Source: Dehalococcoidia bacterium (GTDB taxonomy: Bacteria; Chloroflexota; Dehalococcoidia; UBA2979). From it: a DNA stretch of 64,000 bases. The position numbers and the translations under genes are program-made. This document shows, piece by piece, positions 1-9,140 of this stretch (positions are counted from its first letter, which is position 1; each line of letters opens with the position of its first letter). The notes under the pieces were generated by a model that made no database searches, was not told the DNA's origin, and worked only from the letters and a program-made list of their open reading frames with translations. The stretch lies in NCBI GenBank assembly GCA_965262725.1, contig OZ253555.1:3392001-3456000 (forward strand), given 5' to 3'.

Positions 1-1225
1 CAGGGGAGGTCTCGTCGTTTTCGCTCAACCATCCGTGCCTCAGGATGTGGTCCGTATTCGCGCCGGGCAGGGTCCCTGCCGTGGTCGCGATCGGGGTCTT
101 TGAGTACTGAAACGGCAAACTTCCGAACGGCAACAGCGGCAGCGGCGGGAACTGCCCGATGACGGGGTACGCGAGCACCTCTGCGGTCTCATCGTCTCTG
201 GGGTACTGGAGCCAGACGAAGAGCCCGCTCGCCCGCACCTGAGGCTCGTCCATGACCTGGGTGTAGTCGAGGAAGAGGCTGACCGGGACCTTGGCCTTGC
301 GCAGCTGGATCTCCCACCATTTGGCCGTCTGGGTGGCGAAAATCCGGCCCAGCGCGTCGTCCACGAGTTCGCGGTTGTGCACCCGACCACGGTTCGTCCT
401 CAGCTCATCATTCTGCCCCAGATCCTCGGCACCGATTGCGCGCCAGAGGCGCCACCACTGGTCATCCCTGACCACGCCGACCGCGAGCCAGCGGCCGTCG
501 CGGCAGCGGTAGGCCCGGTTGGGCACGGTCGTTGCCGTCCCACTACCCATCCGTGCCGGCACGTCGCCCGTGGCCAGAAACTCCGCCAGGCGGCTCAACT
601 GGATGTTCACGGAGGCCCCGATCTGGTGGGAGAGCAGGCTCAGGCCACCGCCGGTCCGTTCGCGTGCGAGCAGCCCCAGCAGCAACGACACGGCGATGTG
701 CAGGCTGGCGTTGAAGTCCCACAGCGCCGGCCAGCGGAGGATCTCCGGCTCACCGCCTCGCCGACCATTGATCGCCACGGAACCGCTGAAGACCTGCGTG
801 ATACTGTCGGCGCTGCGTCGCTGAACATAGGGACCCTCGCGTCCCCATCCTGGGAAATTGCCGTAGACGAGCCGCGGGTTGCGTTCCAACAACCGATCAC
901 GGCCGAGGCCAAGGCGCTGGACCGTACCCCAAGTCATGTTCTCGGCGAAAATGTCGGCTTCACCGAGCAGACGGTAGGCCGCCTCCAACCCCTCTGGTTC
1001 CTTGAGGTCAAGGTAGAGGCTCCGCTTGTTCAGATGGACCGTCATGTAGAGAGTCGAGAGGCCGCGGATGTTGGGCGGCGAGCCCTGGTAGGCCGGGGGC
1101 CACCAAGGACCCTGCTCCACCGCCACGACCTCGGCACCCATGTTCGCGAGAATGCCCGTGGCAAAGGGGCCGACACCCACGATCGTGAGGTCGAATACCT
1201 TGACACCGCTCAGTGGTCCGGGCAC
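1..1225 (-). CDS. Family III CoA-transferase (CaiB/BaiF), runs off the window edge
   Basis: Own translation of minus frame from GTG 1225 (GGAGAA RBS): PGPLSGVKVFDLT..GPFATGILANMGAEV..HLNKRSLYLDLK..PNRAYRCRDGRWLAVGVVRDDQW; no stop before position 1. Confidence 0.9.
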   Translation of the reverse strand, partial: MPGPLSGVKVFDLTIVGVGPFATGILANMGAEVVAVEQGPWWPPAYQGSPPNIRGLSTLYMTVHLNKRSLYLDLKEPEGLEAAYRLLGEADIFAENMTWGTVQRLGLGRDRLLERNPRLVYGNFPGWGREGPYVQRRSADSITQVFSGSVAINGRRGGEPEILRWPALWDFNASLHIAVSLLLGLLARERTGGGLSLLSHQIGASVNIQLSRLAEFLATGDVPARMGSGTATTVPNRAYRCRDGRWLAVGVVRDDQWWRLWRAIGAEDLGQNDELRTNRGRVHNRELVDDALGRIFATQTAKWWEIQLRKAKVPVSLFLDYTQVMDEPQVRASGLFVWLQYPRDDETAEVLAYPVIGQFPPLPLLPFGSLPFQYSKTPIATTAGTLPGANTDHILRHGWLSENDETSP

Positions 1226-1321
1226 GGCTTTTCTCCGTTCGCGCCTGGCCCGGCGGCCAGGCGGCGCTATTGGCGCCGGGCGGCGACGCGGTAGCGAGAT
1301 CTCAAATCTGCGCCACCCTCC

Positions 1322-2506
1322 TCAGTCGAGCGCCTTCAGCAGCATCGAGCAGTTCTGGACGCCCGCCCCGTTCGAGACGACTGCGATCCTGGCATCAGGA
1401 ACCTGCCTGACGCCGGCTCGCCCCATCAGTTGATCGGCCGCCTCGGCCGCGAACCCCATGCCGTGGACCCGCCCCTCTGACAGCATCCCGCCGTGCGGAT
1501 TGAGCACGGGGCCGGGGCCACTGCTGCCGAGCTGCAGGGCGTCCCCGACGAGGAAGTCCTTCGCCTCCCCGACATTGACGAAGCCAAGCGCCTCGAGCCA
1601 GTTGACGGTCAGGATCGTGAAGCCGTCATAGAGACAGGCGACCTGCACGTCCTCGGGCCTGATGCCGGTTCCTTCGGCCAGCTCCCACATCTCCCGGCTG
1701 CAATAGGTGGCGCCCATGTTGCTCATGTCATCCCAGAGCATCGTCTCGGTGCGCGGCCCCGTCTTCTGAGAGCCGGCGATGATCGAGACGGGTCGGTTCG
1801 GCAGGTGCCGAGCCCGATCAGGGGTGGTGATCACGACCGCCGCGTATCCATCGACCGGGTAGTCGCAGTCGAAGAGACAAAATGGCTTGGAGATCCAGCG
1901 AGAATTGAGGTAGTCGTCCATTGTCAGGGGCGATCGCGCGAGCGCTCGCTCATTATCGCCGGCGTGCTTGCGGGCGGTGACGGCGATATGGCCGAAGGTC
2001 TCGCGGGGCGCACCGTACTTCCACATGTAGCGGCTCATCCAGTGCACGAACGAGAAGCCGGTCCCCCCGAAAGGTGCCGACCACTGGCCCTCCCCGCCGA
2101 TCCGCGGTGGGCGAGGCATCCCGGCAAAGGGGTCTCGGCGCGAACCGTTACCTCTGGGCTTCATGCTGCCCATCACCACCACGGTGTACTTGGACGCGCC
2201 GTACTCCACGGCCATCGCGGCCTCGATCATGCTAAAGGTCGCCGTCACCTGGGGTAGGCCCATCTGCCCGTACCAGCTGACGTTTGAGAGACCCAGGGAC
2301 TCGCGTAACTGATAGCCGTTGAGCAGACCCATCTCGTTCGTAGCAAGCCCGTCGACATCCGCAGCCGTCAGACCGGCGTCCCTGATCGCCGCAACACACG
2401 CATCGGTTGCGAGCGTGGTGGCGGTCTTGCCGGAGTCGCGGGAAATGATGCTTCTTCCCACACCGACGATACAGGCGTTCTTTTGGTCGCCAAGGTTCAG
2501 TTTCAT
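1322..2506 (-). CDS. SCP-x/Ltp2-like thiolase-family protein
   Basis: IVGVG N-terminus, LFDCDYPVDG, LYDGF, NPHGGMLSEG motifs; adjacent to a DUF35 gene. Confidence 0.88.
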   Translation of the reverse strand: MKLNLGDQKNACIVGVGRSIISRDSGKTATTLATDACVAAIRDAGLTAADVDGLATNEMGLLNGYQLRESLGLSNVSWYGQMGLPQVTATFSMIEAAMAVEYGASKYTVVVMGSMKPRGNGSRRDPFAGMPRPPRIGGEGQWSAPFGGTGFSFVHWMSRYMWKYGAPRETFGHIAVTARKHAGDNERALARSPLTMDDYLNSRWISKPFCLFDCDYPVDGYAAVVITTPDRARHLPNRPVSIIAGSQKTGPRTETMLWDDMSNMGATYCSREMWELAEGTGIRPEDVQVACLYDGFTILTVNWLEALGFVNVGEAKDFLVGDALQLGSSGPGPVLNPHGGMLSEGRVHGMGFAAEAADQLMGRAGVRQVPDARIAVVSNGAGVQNCSMLLKALD

Positions 2507-2513
2507 CTGAGGG

Positions 2514-2951
2514 CTACTCCTCGTCTCTGGTCATCGGCCGGAATAGAGGGAGCGACGCCTCCAGCTCGCCATCCGCGGTCATGATGTCGCGGAACGCCAC
2601 CTCGACACGCAGGCCGATCACCAGCTGATCTTCAGGGCAGTCGACGATGTTGGTCATGACCCGCAACCCGGGCTGTTCGTCGAGTTCGACGAGCGAGACG
2701 TTGTAGGGCGGCTGGAACCCCGGCGCCGTCGGCATGTTTACGATCGTCACGGTGTAGACCGTCCCCTTGCCACTGACCTGAACGCTGCCAACCTTGGTCG
2801 ACCAGCACTCCGGACAACGCGACTTGGGCAGATGGATGTAGAAGCCACAATCATCGCAACGCTTGAAGATCAGTTCGTGTCGCTTACAGCCCTCCCAGAA
2901 ATCGCGGCTATCATCGTCCGGGATCGGGATCGGCCCCTCGTATTGACTCAC
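2514..2951 (-). CDS. DUF35 Zn-ribbon/OB-fold protein (thiolase partner)
   Basis: FWEG..CDDC..CPEC, GKGTVYTVT, VELDEQPGLRVMTNIV; GTG start after G-rich RBS. Confidence 0.9.
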   Translation of the reverse strand: MSQYEGPIPIPDDDSRDFWEGCKRHELIFKRCDDCGFYIHLPKSRCPECWSTKVGSVQVSGKGTVYTVTIVNMPTAPGFQPPYNVSLVELDEQPGLRVMTNIVDCPEDQLVIGLRVEVAFRDIMTADGELEASLPLFRPMTRDEE

Positions 2952-3028
2952 TGCCCCCCCTCCCCTTGAGCTGCTCGGCCGGTCGGCGATCGAAACCGAG
3001 CGACCCGCAGTGCCTGCCCAGCGACCCA

Positions 3029-4123
3029 CTAATCGAAGGTGATCACCGACCGACCGACGATCTGCCGGTCCTGAAGCAGTTGATGCATCTTGGGTGTGTC
3101 TTCAATCGGGAATCTCTCGGAGATGACGGCCTGAAGTCGCCCCGCTTCCATCAGCCTGAAGGAGCGCAGCGTGTCGGCGTACATGCCGCCGGTACAGCCG
3201 GTGAGGACGGCCTCCCGCCAGAACAGCCACGGTACCGGGAAGCGCGCGTATTCGTTGTTGATTTGGCCGACGAAGACGTAGCGGCCGTAGTAGGCCAGAG
3301 CGCGGAAGCCGCCAGCATTGAAGGTCGATCCGCCGACCGTGTCGATCACGTAGTCGGCCCCATGTCCGTCGGTCAACTCCATCACCTGGTCGTGTAAGGG
3401 CCCGTCCGAGCTGCAGACGACTTCATCAGCGCCGTATTGCTTGAGGATCGGGATCTTGGATTCGGTCGTCGTTGACGCGATCACGCGACCGCCCGTGAGC
3501 GCTGCCAGTTGGAGCGCGTGGATCCCCAGCCCTCCGCCGGCACCCAGCACCAAGATGTTGTCGTGGGACGTCGGCTCCTTGCCCTCGAGGTAGATCCCGC
3601 GCAACGGCGTACCGATCGCACAGCGGACGATCGAGGCCTCCGCGAAGCCAACGGTGTCCGGTATGCGCATCACCGCGCGCTCTGGAGCGAGACACAGCTC
3701 GGCGTACCCCTCGGTGACAGTGGGAACCGTGTCGGTGCACCTCACCGCAAGCCCGGTCTGACAGTTGTCGCAGACACCGCAGTGGGAGCCGCCGCTGGGT
3801 GCCACGCGATCCCCAACCCGGTGTCTCGTCACGCCCGGCCCGACAGCACGCACGATGCCTGCCACTTCGTGCCCGAGGATCAGGCAGCGCCTCCGCACCC
3901 AGTTGCCATTCTCCCTGATCTCGTGCTCGCGCGCGTTGGCGAGGCCGATCGCGGCGCCACCCCTCGTCATTGTGCCGTCGCGCTCCACCAGGTCGTGCCC
4001 ATCGATCGCTGAGGCCTTCACCTCGATCAGGACCTCCCCCGGACCAGGCGGCGGCGGATCCTCTATCTCCACGACCGTGAGGTTCTCGGGCGGGCCGAGT
4101 TCAAACAGCACACATGCCTTCAT
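3029..4123 (-). CDS. Zn-dependent medium-chain alcohol dehydrogenase
   Basis: GHE motif, CGVCDNC..C structural Zn site, GAGGGLG Rossmann motif. Confidence 0.88.
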   Translation of the reverse strand: MKACVLFELGPPENLTVVEIEDPPPPGPGEVLIEVKASAIDGHDLVERDGTMTRGGAAIGLANAREHEIRENGNWVRRRCLILGHEVAGIVRAVGPGVTRHRVGDRVAPSGGSHCGVCDNCQTGLAVRCTDTVPTVTEGYAELCLAPERAVMRIPDTVGFAEASIVRCAIGTPLRGIYLEGKEPTSHDNILVLGAGGGLGIHALQLAALTGGRVIASTTTESKIPILKQYGADEVVCSSDGPLHDQVMELTDGHGADYVIDTVGGSTFNAGGFRALAYYGRYVFVGQINNEYARFPVPWLFWREAVLTGCTGGMYADTLRSFRLMEAGRLQAVISERFPIEDTPKMHQLLQDRQIVGRSVITFD

Positions 4124-4177
4124 AGCTCCCTCTCCCTGTGACAGCGGCCCCTCGACCAGACCAGCGGGGTCGCCAGA

Positions 4178-5152
4178 TCAGTATAGATAGCAGGCGACCC
4201 AGTGCCCCGGCTCAAGCTCCTGAAAGATGGGGCGTGTTCCCGAACAGACCGGCATCGCGACCGGACAGCGGGGATGAAAGCGGCAACCGCTGGGTGGATT
4301 GAACGGACTCGGTACCTCGCCCTTGACGATTACACGCTCCTTCTTCGTGTCGGGATCATAAGGCAGCGCGCTTGAGAGCAACGCCTGCGTGTAGGGGTGG
4401 AGGGGGTTTGAGTAGACCAACTCTGCCGGGCCCATCTCGATGATCTGCCCGAGATACATCACCGCGATCGTCTCGCACATGTAGCGAACGACCCCGAGAT
4501 CGTGGGCGATCATGAACAGGGTCAGATTGTAGCGCTGCTGAAGATCCTTGAGCAGGTTCATAATCTGAGCGCGGATCGAGACGTCCAGCGCCGAGACGGG
4601 CTCGTCGAGCACGAGGAACTTCGGCTCGCACGAGAGCGCCCTGGCGATCGCGATGCGCTGGCGCTGCCCGCCACTAAACTGATGAGGGAAGCGGTAGAGG
4701 AAGTTGCGATTCAGTCCAACCTGCTCCAGCAGATCGGCGGCGAGCTCTTTGGCTCGATCCTTGGTGAGATTCCGGTTGATGATCGCTGGCTCGCTGATGA
4801 TCTCCCAGACCGGCATGCGCGGGTTCAGGGATGAGTAGGGATCTTGAAAAACGGGCTGGACCGCCTTCCGGTAGTCGCGGAGCCCATCCCGATCGAGACG
4901 ACTGATGTCCTGTCCCTCGAACTCGATGACGCCCTCAGTGAGCGTCTCGATCAGCAGCAGCAGCCTCGAGAGCGTCGTCTTGCCGCAGCCCGACTCGCCA
5001 ACGAGGCCGAACGTGTCGCCCTGATGGATCGTGAAATCGGTACCATCCACCGCCTGAACGTAGCCGACCACCTTCCGCCGCACGACACCCCTCGTGACCG
5101 GGAAGTACTTCTTGAGCCCCCGCACCGCAAGCAGCGGTGGCACCTCGTTCAT
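4178..5152 (-). CDS. Oligopeptide/dipeptide-type ABC ATPase (OppF/DppF-like)
   Basis: GESGCGKT, FSGGQRQR, LDEP, HPYT, GCRFHPRC. Confidence 0.95.
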   Translation of the reverse strand: MNEVPPLLAVRGLKKYFPVTRGVVRRKVVGYVQAVDGTDFTIHQGDTFGLVGESGCGKTTLSRLLLLIETLTEGVIEFEGQDISRLDRDGLRDYRKAVQPVFQDPYSSLNPRMPVWEIISEPAIINRNLTKDRAKELAADLLEQVGLNRNFLYRFPHQFSGGQRQRIAIARALSCEPKFLVLDEPVSALDVSIRAQIMNLLKDLQQRYNLTLFMIAHDLGVVRYMCETIAVMYLGQIIEMGPAELVYSNPLHPYTQALLSSALPYDPDTKKERVIVKGEVPSPFNPPSGCRFHPRCPVAMPVCSGTRPIFQELEPGHWVACYLY

Positions 5153-5315
5153 GAGCTACCACCCTCCCGCCCGACCGTGAAATCGGTACCACCCACCGCC
5201 CCAACGGGGCCGATAACCTTCCGGCGCGCGACAGCCGTCGTCACCGGGAGGCACGTCTTGAGCCCCCGCACCGCAAGCAGCGGTGACGCCCCTCTCATGA
5301 GCTACCACCCTCCCG
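5031..5315. repeat. Diverged tandem duplication (146-bp period) of the oppD stop/oppF 5' end
   Basis: 5031-5169 aligns to 5177-5315 without indels, about 20 substitutions by hand count. Confidence 0.9.
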
Positions 5316-6300
5316 GGAAGAGACAGGCCGCGTGGTGACCGGAGCTGACCGGGGCAAACTCCGGATAGGCCTCGCTGCACTCCGGCTGCGCCTTGGGACA
5401 CCTCGGGGCGAAGCGACAGCCGGGCGGCATCTCGCGGGGGTCGGGCGGCTGGCCGTCGATGCTCTCCAGGCGCTCGACGCCCTCAAGCCTCGGCAAGCAG
5501 CGCAGCAGCGAGATCGTGTACGGATGCGCCGGGTTGCGGAAGACCTCCCTGGTCGTGCCCGACTCAACGATCCGCCCCGCGTACATCACGCCCACCCGCT
5601 CGCACATCCGGGCGACAATCCCCATATCGTGCGTGATGAAGATCAGGGCAACCCCTGTCTGCTGCTGGACCTCCTTGAGGAGCTCGAGGTACTGGGCCTG
5701 AATCGTCACATCAAGGGCGGTTGTCGGCTCATCGCAGATCAGCACCTTGGGCGTGGTGGAGATGCCGATGGCGCCCGCGATGCGCTGGCGCATGCCGCCG
5801 CTGAACTGGTCAGGATAGTCTCGAACGCGTCGCTCTGCGGCGGGGATGTTGACGAGCCGGAGCAATCGAAGCACGCGCGCGAATAGCGACTTCCCGCGCA
5901 CACCCTCGTGAATCCTCATCGCCTCACCGACCTGATAGCCGATCGTGAAGGTCGGATTCAGGGCGGTCATCGGGTCCTGCATGATCATGGAAATCTTCTT
6001 GCCGCGAATCGCCCGCATCTGGGAGTTGCTGAGCTCGGTCAACTCTTCACCGTCAAGCATTACCGAACCCGAGGAGATCCGGCCGGTCGCCGCGATCAGG
6101 CGCAGGATGCCCATCGCCGTGACTGACTTCCCGCAGCCGGACTCCCCTACAATCCCCAGAGACTCTCCCTCGTCGACGTAGAAGCTCACGCCGTCGACAG
6201 CGCGCGACGGCCCGGTCTTCGTCTTGAACTCCACGTGGAGATCCTTCACCTCCAGGAGATGGGAGGAATCTGAGTTCGGGGACCGCGGCTCTTCTGACAA
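5302..6300 (-). CDS. Oligopeptide/dipeptide-type ABC ATPase (OppD/DppD-like)
   Basis: GESGCGKS, QDPMTALNP, FSGGMRQR, DEPTTALD; TTG start with GGAG RBS. Confidence 0.95.
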   Translation of the reverse strand: MSEEPRSPNSDSSHLLEVKDLHVEFKTKTGPSRAVDGVSFYVDEGESLGIVGESGCGKSVTAMGILRLIAATGRISSGSVMLDGEELTELSNSQMRAIRGKKISMIMQDPMTALNPTFTIGYQVGEAMRIHEGVRGKSLFARVLRLLRLVNIPAAERRVRDYPDQFSGGMRQRIAGAIGISTTPKVLICDEPTTALDVTIQAQYLELLKEVQQQTGVALIFITHDMGIVARMCERVGVMYAGRIVESGTTREVFRNPAHPYTISLLRCLPRLEGVERLESIDGQPPDPREMPPGCRFAPRCPKAQPECSEAYPEFAPVSSGHHAACLFPGGW

Positions 6301-6310
6301 TGCGTACTCC

Positions 6311-7198
6311 CTACAGCGTCTGGAGACGTGGATCGAGACGGTCACGCAACCAGTCGCCCAGCGTGTTGGTCGACAGGACGGTCACGAAGATCGCGAACCC
6401 CGGGACGATCGAGAGCCACGGGGCCGATGTCAATTGGGCCCGCCCCTCGGAGACCATGCCCCCCCACGACGGGGCGGGCGGGGGAATACCGACACCGAGG
6501 AAGCTGAGCGCCGCCTCAAAGAGGATGACGGTGCCTACTTGCAGGGTGGTGATTACGAGCACGGTCGGGAGCACGCCCGGCAAGATATGCTTGATCATGA
6601 TCCGCGTGTTCGACGATCCGGCGCAGCGGGCGAGCGTCACGAAGTCCTGCTGCTTCAGTGCCAACACCTCCACCCGCACCTGGCGCGCCGTCGGAGGCCA
6701 GATGAAGAGCGTAATGATCAGGATCACGTTGAGGAAACTGGGGCCAAAGATCACCGCCATCAGGATCGCCAAGAGGAATGCCGGAAACGCGATCAGGATG
6801 TCGACGGTGCTCATGATCATCGAGTCCCAGATGCCCCCGAAGAACCCGGCCACTAACCCCAAACCGACGCCGATCAGCGTCTTGAACACCAGGATCACCG
6901 CAACGACCGAGACCGAGATTCGCGCACCGTAGACCACACGACTCAGCTGGTCCCGCCCGTGGATGTCCGTTCCCAGCGGGAAGCGTGTCGTGCCGCCACC
7001 AAGAACTGGTGGCTCGAGACTGTTCCGTAGCTCCCCGTGCCGTTCGCTGTGCGGGGCGATGAGTGGTGCGAACAGCGCGATCAAGACCAGGCTGACGATG
7101 ACCGCGAGCGAGAGCGCCGGCAGAATCGGTATCGCAAATCGCGAAGGCGCGGCGACCATAATGGCCGGAGCCTTGTCGAACCCGCTGTCCATGGTCAC
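6311..7198 (-). CDS. ABC permease (OppC/DppC-like)
   Basis: PLGTDIHGRD, EAALSFLGVG, GDWLRDRLDPR. Confidence 0.95.
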   Translation of the reverse strand: MTMDSGFDKAPAIMVAAPSRFAIPILPALSLAVIVSLVLIALFAPLIAPHSERHGELRNSLEPPVLGGGTTRFPLGTDIHGRDQLSRVVYGARISVSVVAVILVFKTLIGVGLGLVAGFFGGIWDSMIMSTVDILIAFPAFLLAILMAVIFGPSFLNVILIITLFIWPPTARQVRVEVLALKQQDFVTLARCAGSSNTRIMIKHILPGVLPTVLVITTLQVGTVILFEAALSFLGVGIPPPAPSWGGMVSEGRAQLTSAPWLSIVPGFAIFVTVLSTNTLGDWLRDRLDPRLQTL

Positions 7199-7249
7199 GA
7201 ACAGGTCCTCCAGAGTGGTGCGACGTTGCGCATGCTCATCCTCAGACGG

Positions 7250-8164
7250 CTAGTGCTTGATCTTTGGATTGAGGTAGACGTAGAGGATATCGACGAGCAA
7301 GTTCCCGAATATCACCCATGAGCTGAACAGCAAAACGATCGCCTGCACGAGCTGGAAGTCACGGTTATTGACTCCCTCGAGTACCAGCAGCCCGATACCC
7401 GGCCAGAAGAAGACCGTCTCCACGATCACTGACCCACGGATCAAGCCGAGAAAGACGAGCGATGCATAGGTCAGGATTGGCAGCGCGCCATTCTTGAAGG
7501 CGTGCCTCCACAGCACACTCGTCTCACCGACCCCCTTGACGCGAGCGAGCCTGATGTAGTCGTTGCTGAGTACCTCAATCATGCTCGAGCGGGTGATCCG
7601 CATCAGGCCCGCCACCGGGCCCCAGCCGAGCGTGATCGCCGGAAGAATCAGGTGCCGCCACTCCCCCCGGCCACCAGACGGCAGCCAGTTCAGCCAGACG
7701 GCAAAGACGAGGACCAGCATGATCCCTAGCCAGAAGTTCGGTGCCGCCTGCCCCATCACGGCCAGTAGGCGAGCGCCGGCGTCGAGCCCCGAACCCCGGA
7801 ACGCCGCAGAATAGACGCCGACCGTCAGTCCCAGCAGCAGCGTGATCCCGTAGGCCGCAACAGCCAGCTCCAGCGTCGCCGGCAGCCTCGTAGAGACCAA
7901 CTCCGATACCGGGACCTGGTAGCGGAGCGAGATCCCGAAGTCGCCACGAGCGGCTTGCGATACCCAGCGCCAGTACTGCTCCGGGATTGGTCGATCGAGG
8001 AGCAGCAGTCTCCGCATCTCCAAGTACTGCTCACGGGGCGCCTCATCCGAGATCATCATGCGGGCGGGGTCGCCGCTCAGCCTCACCGTGCCGAAGATCA
8101 CGACGGTGATCACGAACATCGCGAAGACGGCATGGATGATCCGGTTGAGGATGAACGGTCCCAT
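7250..8164 (-). CDS. ABC permease (OppB/DppB-like)
   Basis: GDFGISL, RLPATLEL, ARVKG, VETVFFWPGIG, DILYVYLNPKI. Confidence 0.95.
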   Translation of the reverse strand: MGPFILNRIIHAVFAMFVITVVIFGTVRLSGDPARMMISDEAPREQYLEMRRLLLLDRPIPEQYWRWVSQAARGDFGISLRYQVPVSELVSTRLPATLELAVAAYGITLLLGLTVGVYSAAFRGSGLDAGARLLAVMGQAAPNFWLGIMLVLVFAVWLNWLPSGGRGEWRHLILPAITLGWGPVAGLMRITRSSMIEVLSNDYIRLARVKGVGETSVLWRHAFKNGALPILTYASLVFLGLIRGSVIVETVFFWPGIGLLVLEGVNNRDFQLVQAIVLLFSSWVIFGNLLVDILYVYLNPKIKH

Positions 8165-8167
8165 GGC

Positions 8168-9004
8168 TCAGCGCGCCAAGAATGCTCGAACGGCCCGCTC
8201 AAAGCGGACTGGCTGGTCAACAAGGATGCTGTGCCCGGCCCCCGGGACCTCCACCGCGGTGGCGCTCGGCATCACCGTGAGCATCCGCTCCATCGTCTTG
8301 CGGCCGAGGATGTCGCTGTCCTCGCCGCGCAGGATCAGAGTCGGGCAGTTGATCCTGCCGCACGACTCCCAGAGGAACGGGATCTCCCTGCCACCGGCCG
8401 AGCCGGTGATCCAGAGGAGTTCGGGGTCATGCCGCCAGACCAGCTTCTTCGCCCAGTTGAGCCGGAGGCCATAGTCGATCGAACGCTCGATCTGCTTTCG
8501 TGAACTATTGAGGTTCCGCAGTCGGAAGTACTCTCCGGCCTCCTCGCGGCTGCGGAATGCAAGCGGGCGCTCTCCACCGACACCCGCCATCACAGTCTTC
8601 GCACCGCTCCGTTCGATCTCCGGTCCGGAGTCGACCAACACCAAGTGCCTTAGTGAGCCGGGGTGCTCGGCCGCGAAGGGCATCGCATTGCGGCCTCCAA
8701 GGGACGCCCCGACAAGATCGAACCGCCCGAATCGGAGTGCCCGCCCGAACTCAAAGATGTCGGAAGCGAACGCGGTTACTGGATAACCCTCGGAAGCGTG
8801 CTCGCTCTCGCCGTGACCGCGCTGGTCGAGGGCGAAGACACGGAAGTCGCCGCGCACTTGCTCGGCAAAATCATCCCAAACGTGACAGTTTCCCGAGATA
8901 CCGTGCAACAGGAGCAGGACGTCATCGCTCGGCCCACCCCAGTCTAGGTAGTGGAGCCGGAGACCATTGACCCCAACGAAACAGTCCGCTGGTGCGGCGA
9001 CCAT
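8168..9004 (-). CDS. Alpha/beta-fold hydrolase
   Basis: LHG, DQRGHGES, GASLGG nucleophile elbow, GAGH. Confidence 0.9.
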   Translation of the reverse strand: MVAAPADCFVGVNGLRLHYLDWGGPSDDVLLLLHGISGNCHVWDDFAEQVRGDFRVFALDQRGHGESEHASEGYPVTAFASDIFEFGRALRFGRFDLVGASLGGRNAMPFAAEHPGSLRHLVLVDSGPEIERSGAKTVMAGVGGERPLAFRSREEAGEYFRLRNLNSSRKQIERSIDYGLRLNWAKKLVWRHDPELLWITGSAGGREIPFLWESCGRINCPTLILRGEDSDILGRKTMERMLTVMPSATAVEVPGAGHSILVDQPVRFERAVRAFLAR

Positions 9005-9008
9005 CCGG

Positions 9009-9053
9009 TCTCCCCTAGCTCCCTGTCTCTATCTCCCCTAGCTCCCTGTCTCT
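9009..9053. repeat. Perfect 22-bp direct repeat x2 (TCTCCCCTAGCTCCCTGTCTCT) covering the hydrolase RBS
   Basis: Copies at 9009-9030 and 9032-9053. Confidence 0.9.
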
Positions 9054-9140
9054 CTTCCGAATGGCCGCGCCCGCAGGGAGCCGATTGCCTGCGGCGCTCC
9101 GCGCCAGCAGGCAATCGCTCCGAGCAGATCGCCCCGAGAA

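Noticed and set aside
377-1294. Long ORFs antisense to real genes (e.g. 377-1294, 14257-15795 alternate frame, 19457-20848, 26140-27477 part, 30620-31798)
   Set aside because: Shadow ORFs expected in GC-rich DNA; Arg/Pro/Ala-rich with no family motifs
5031-5315. Diversity-generating retroelement TR/VR pair
   Set aside because: Substitutions are not adenine-specific on either strand and no reverse transcriptase is present
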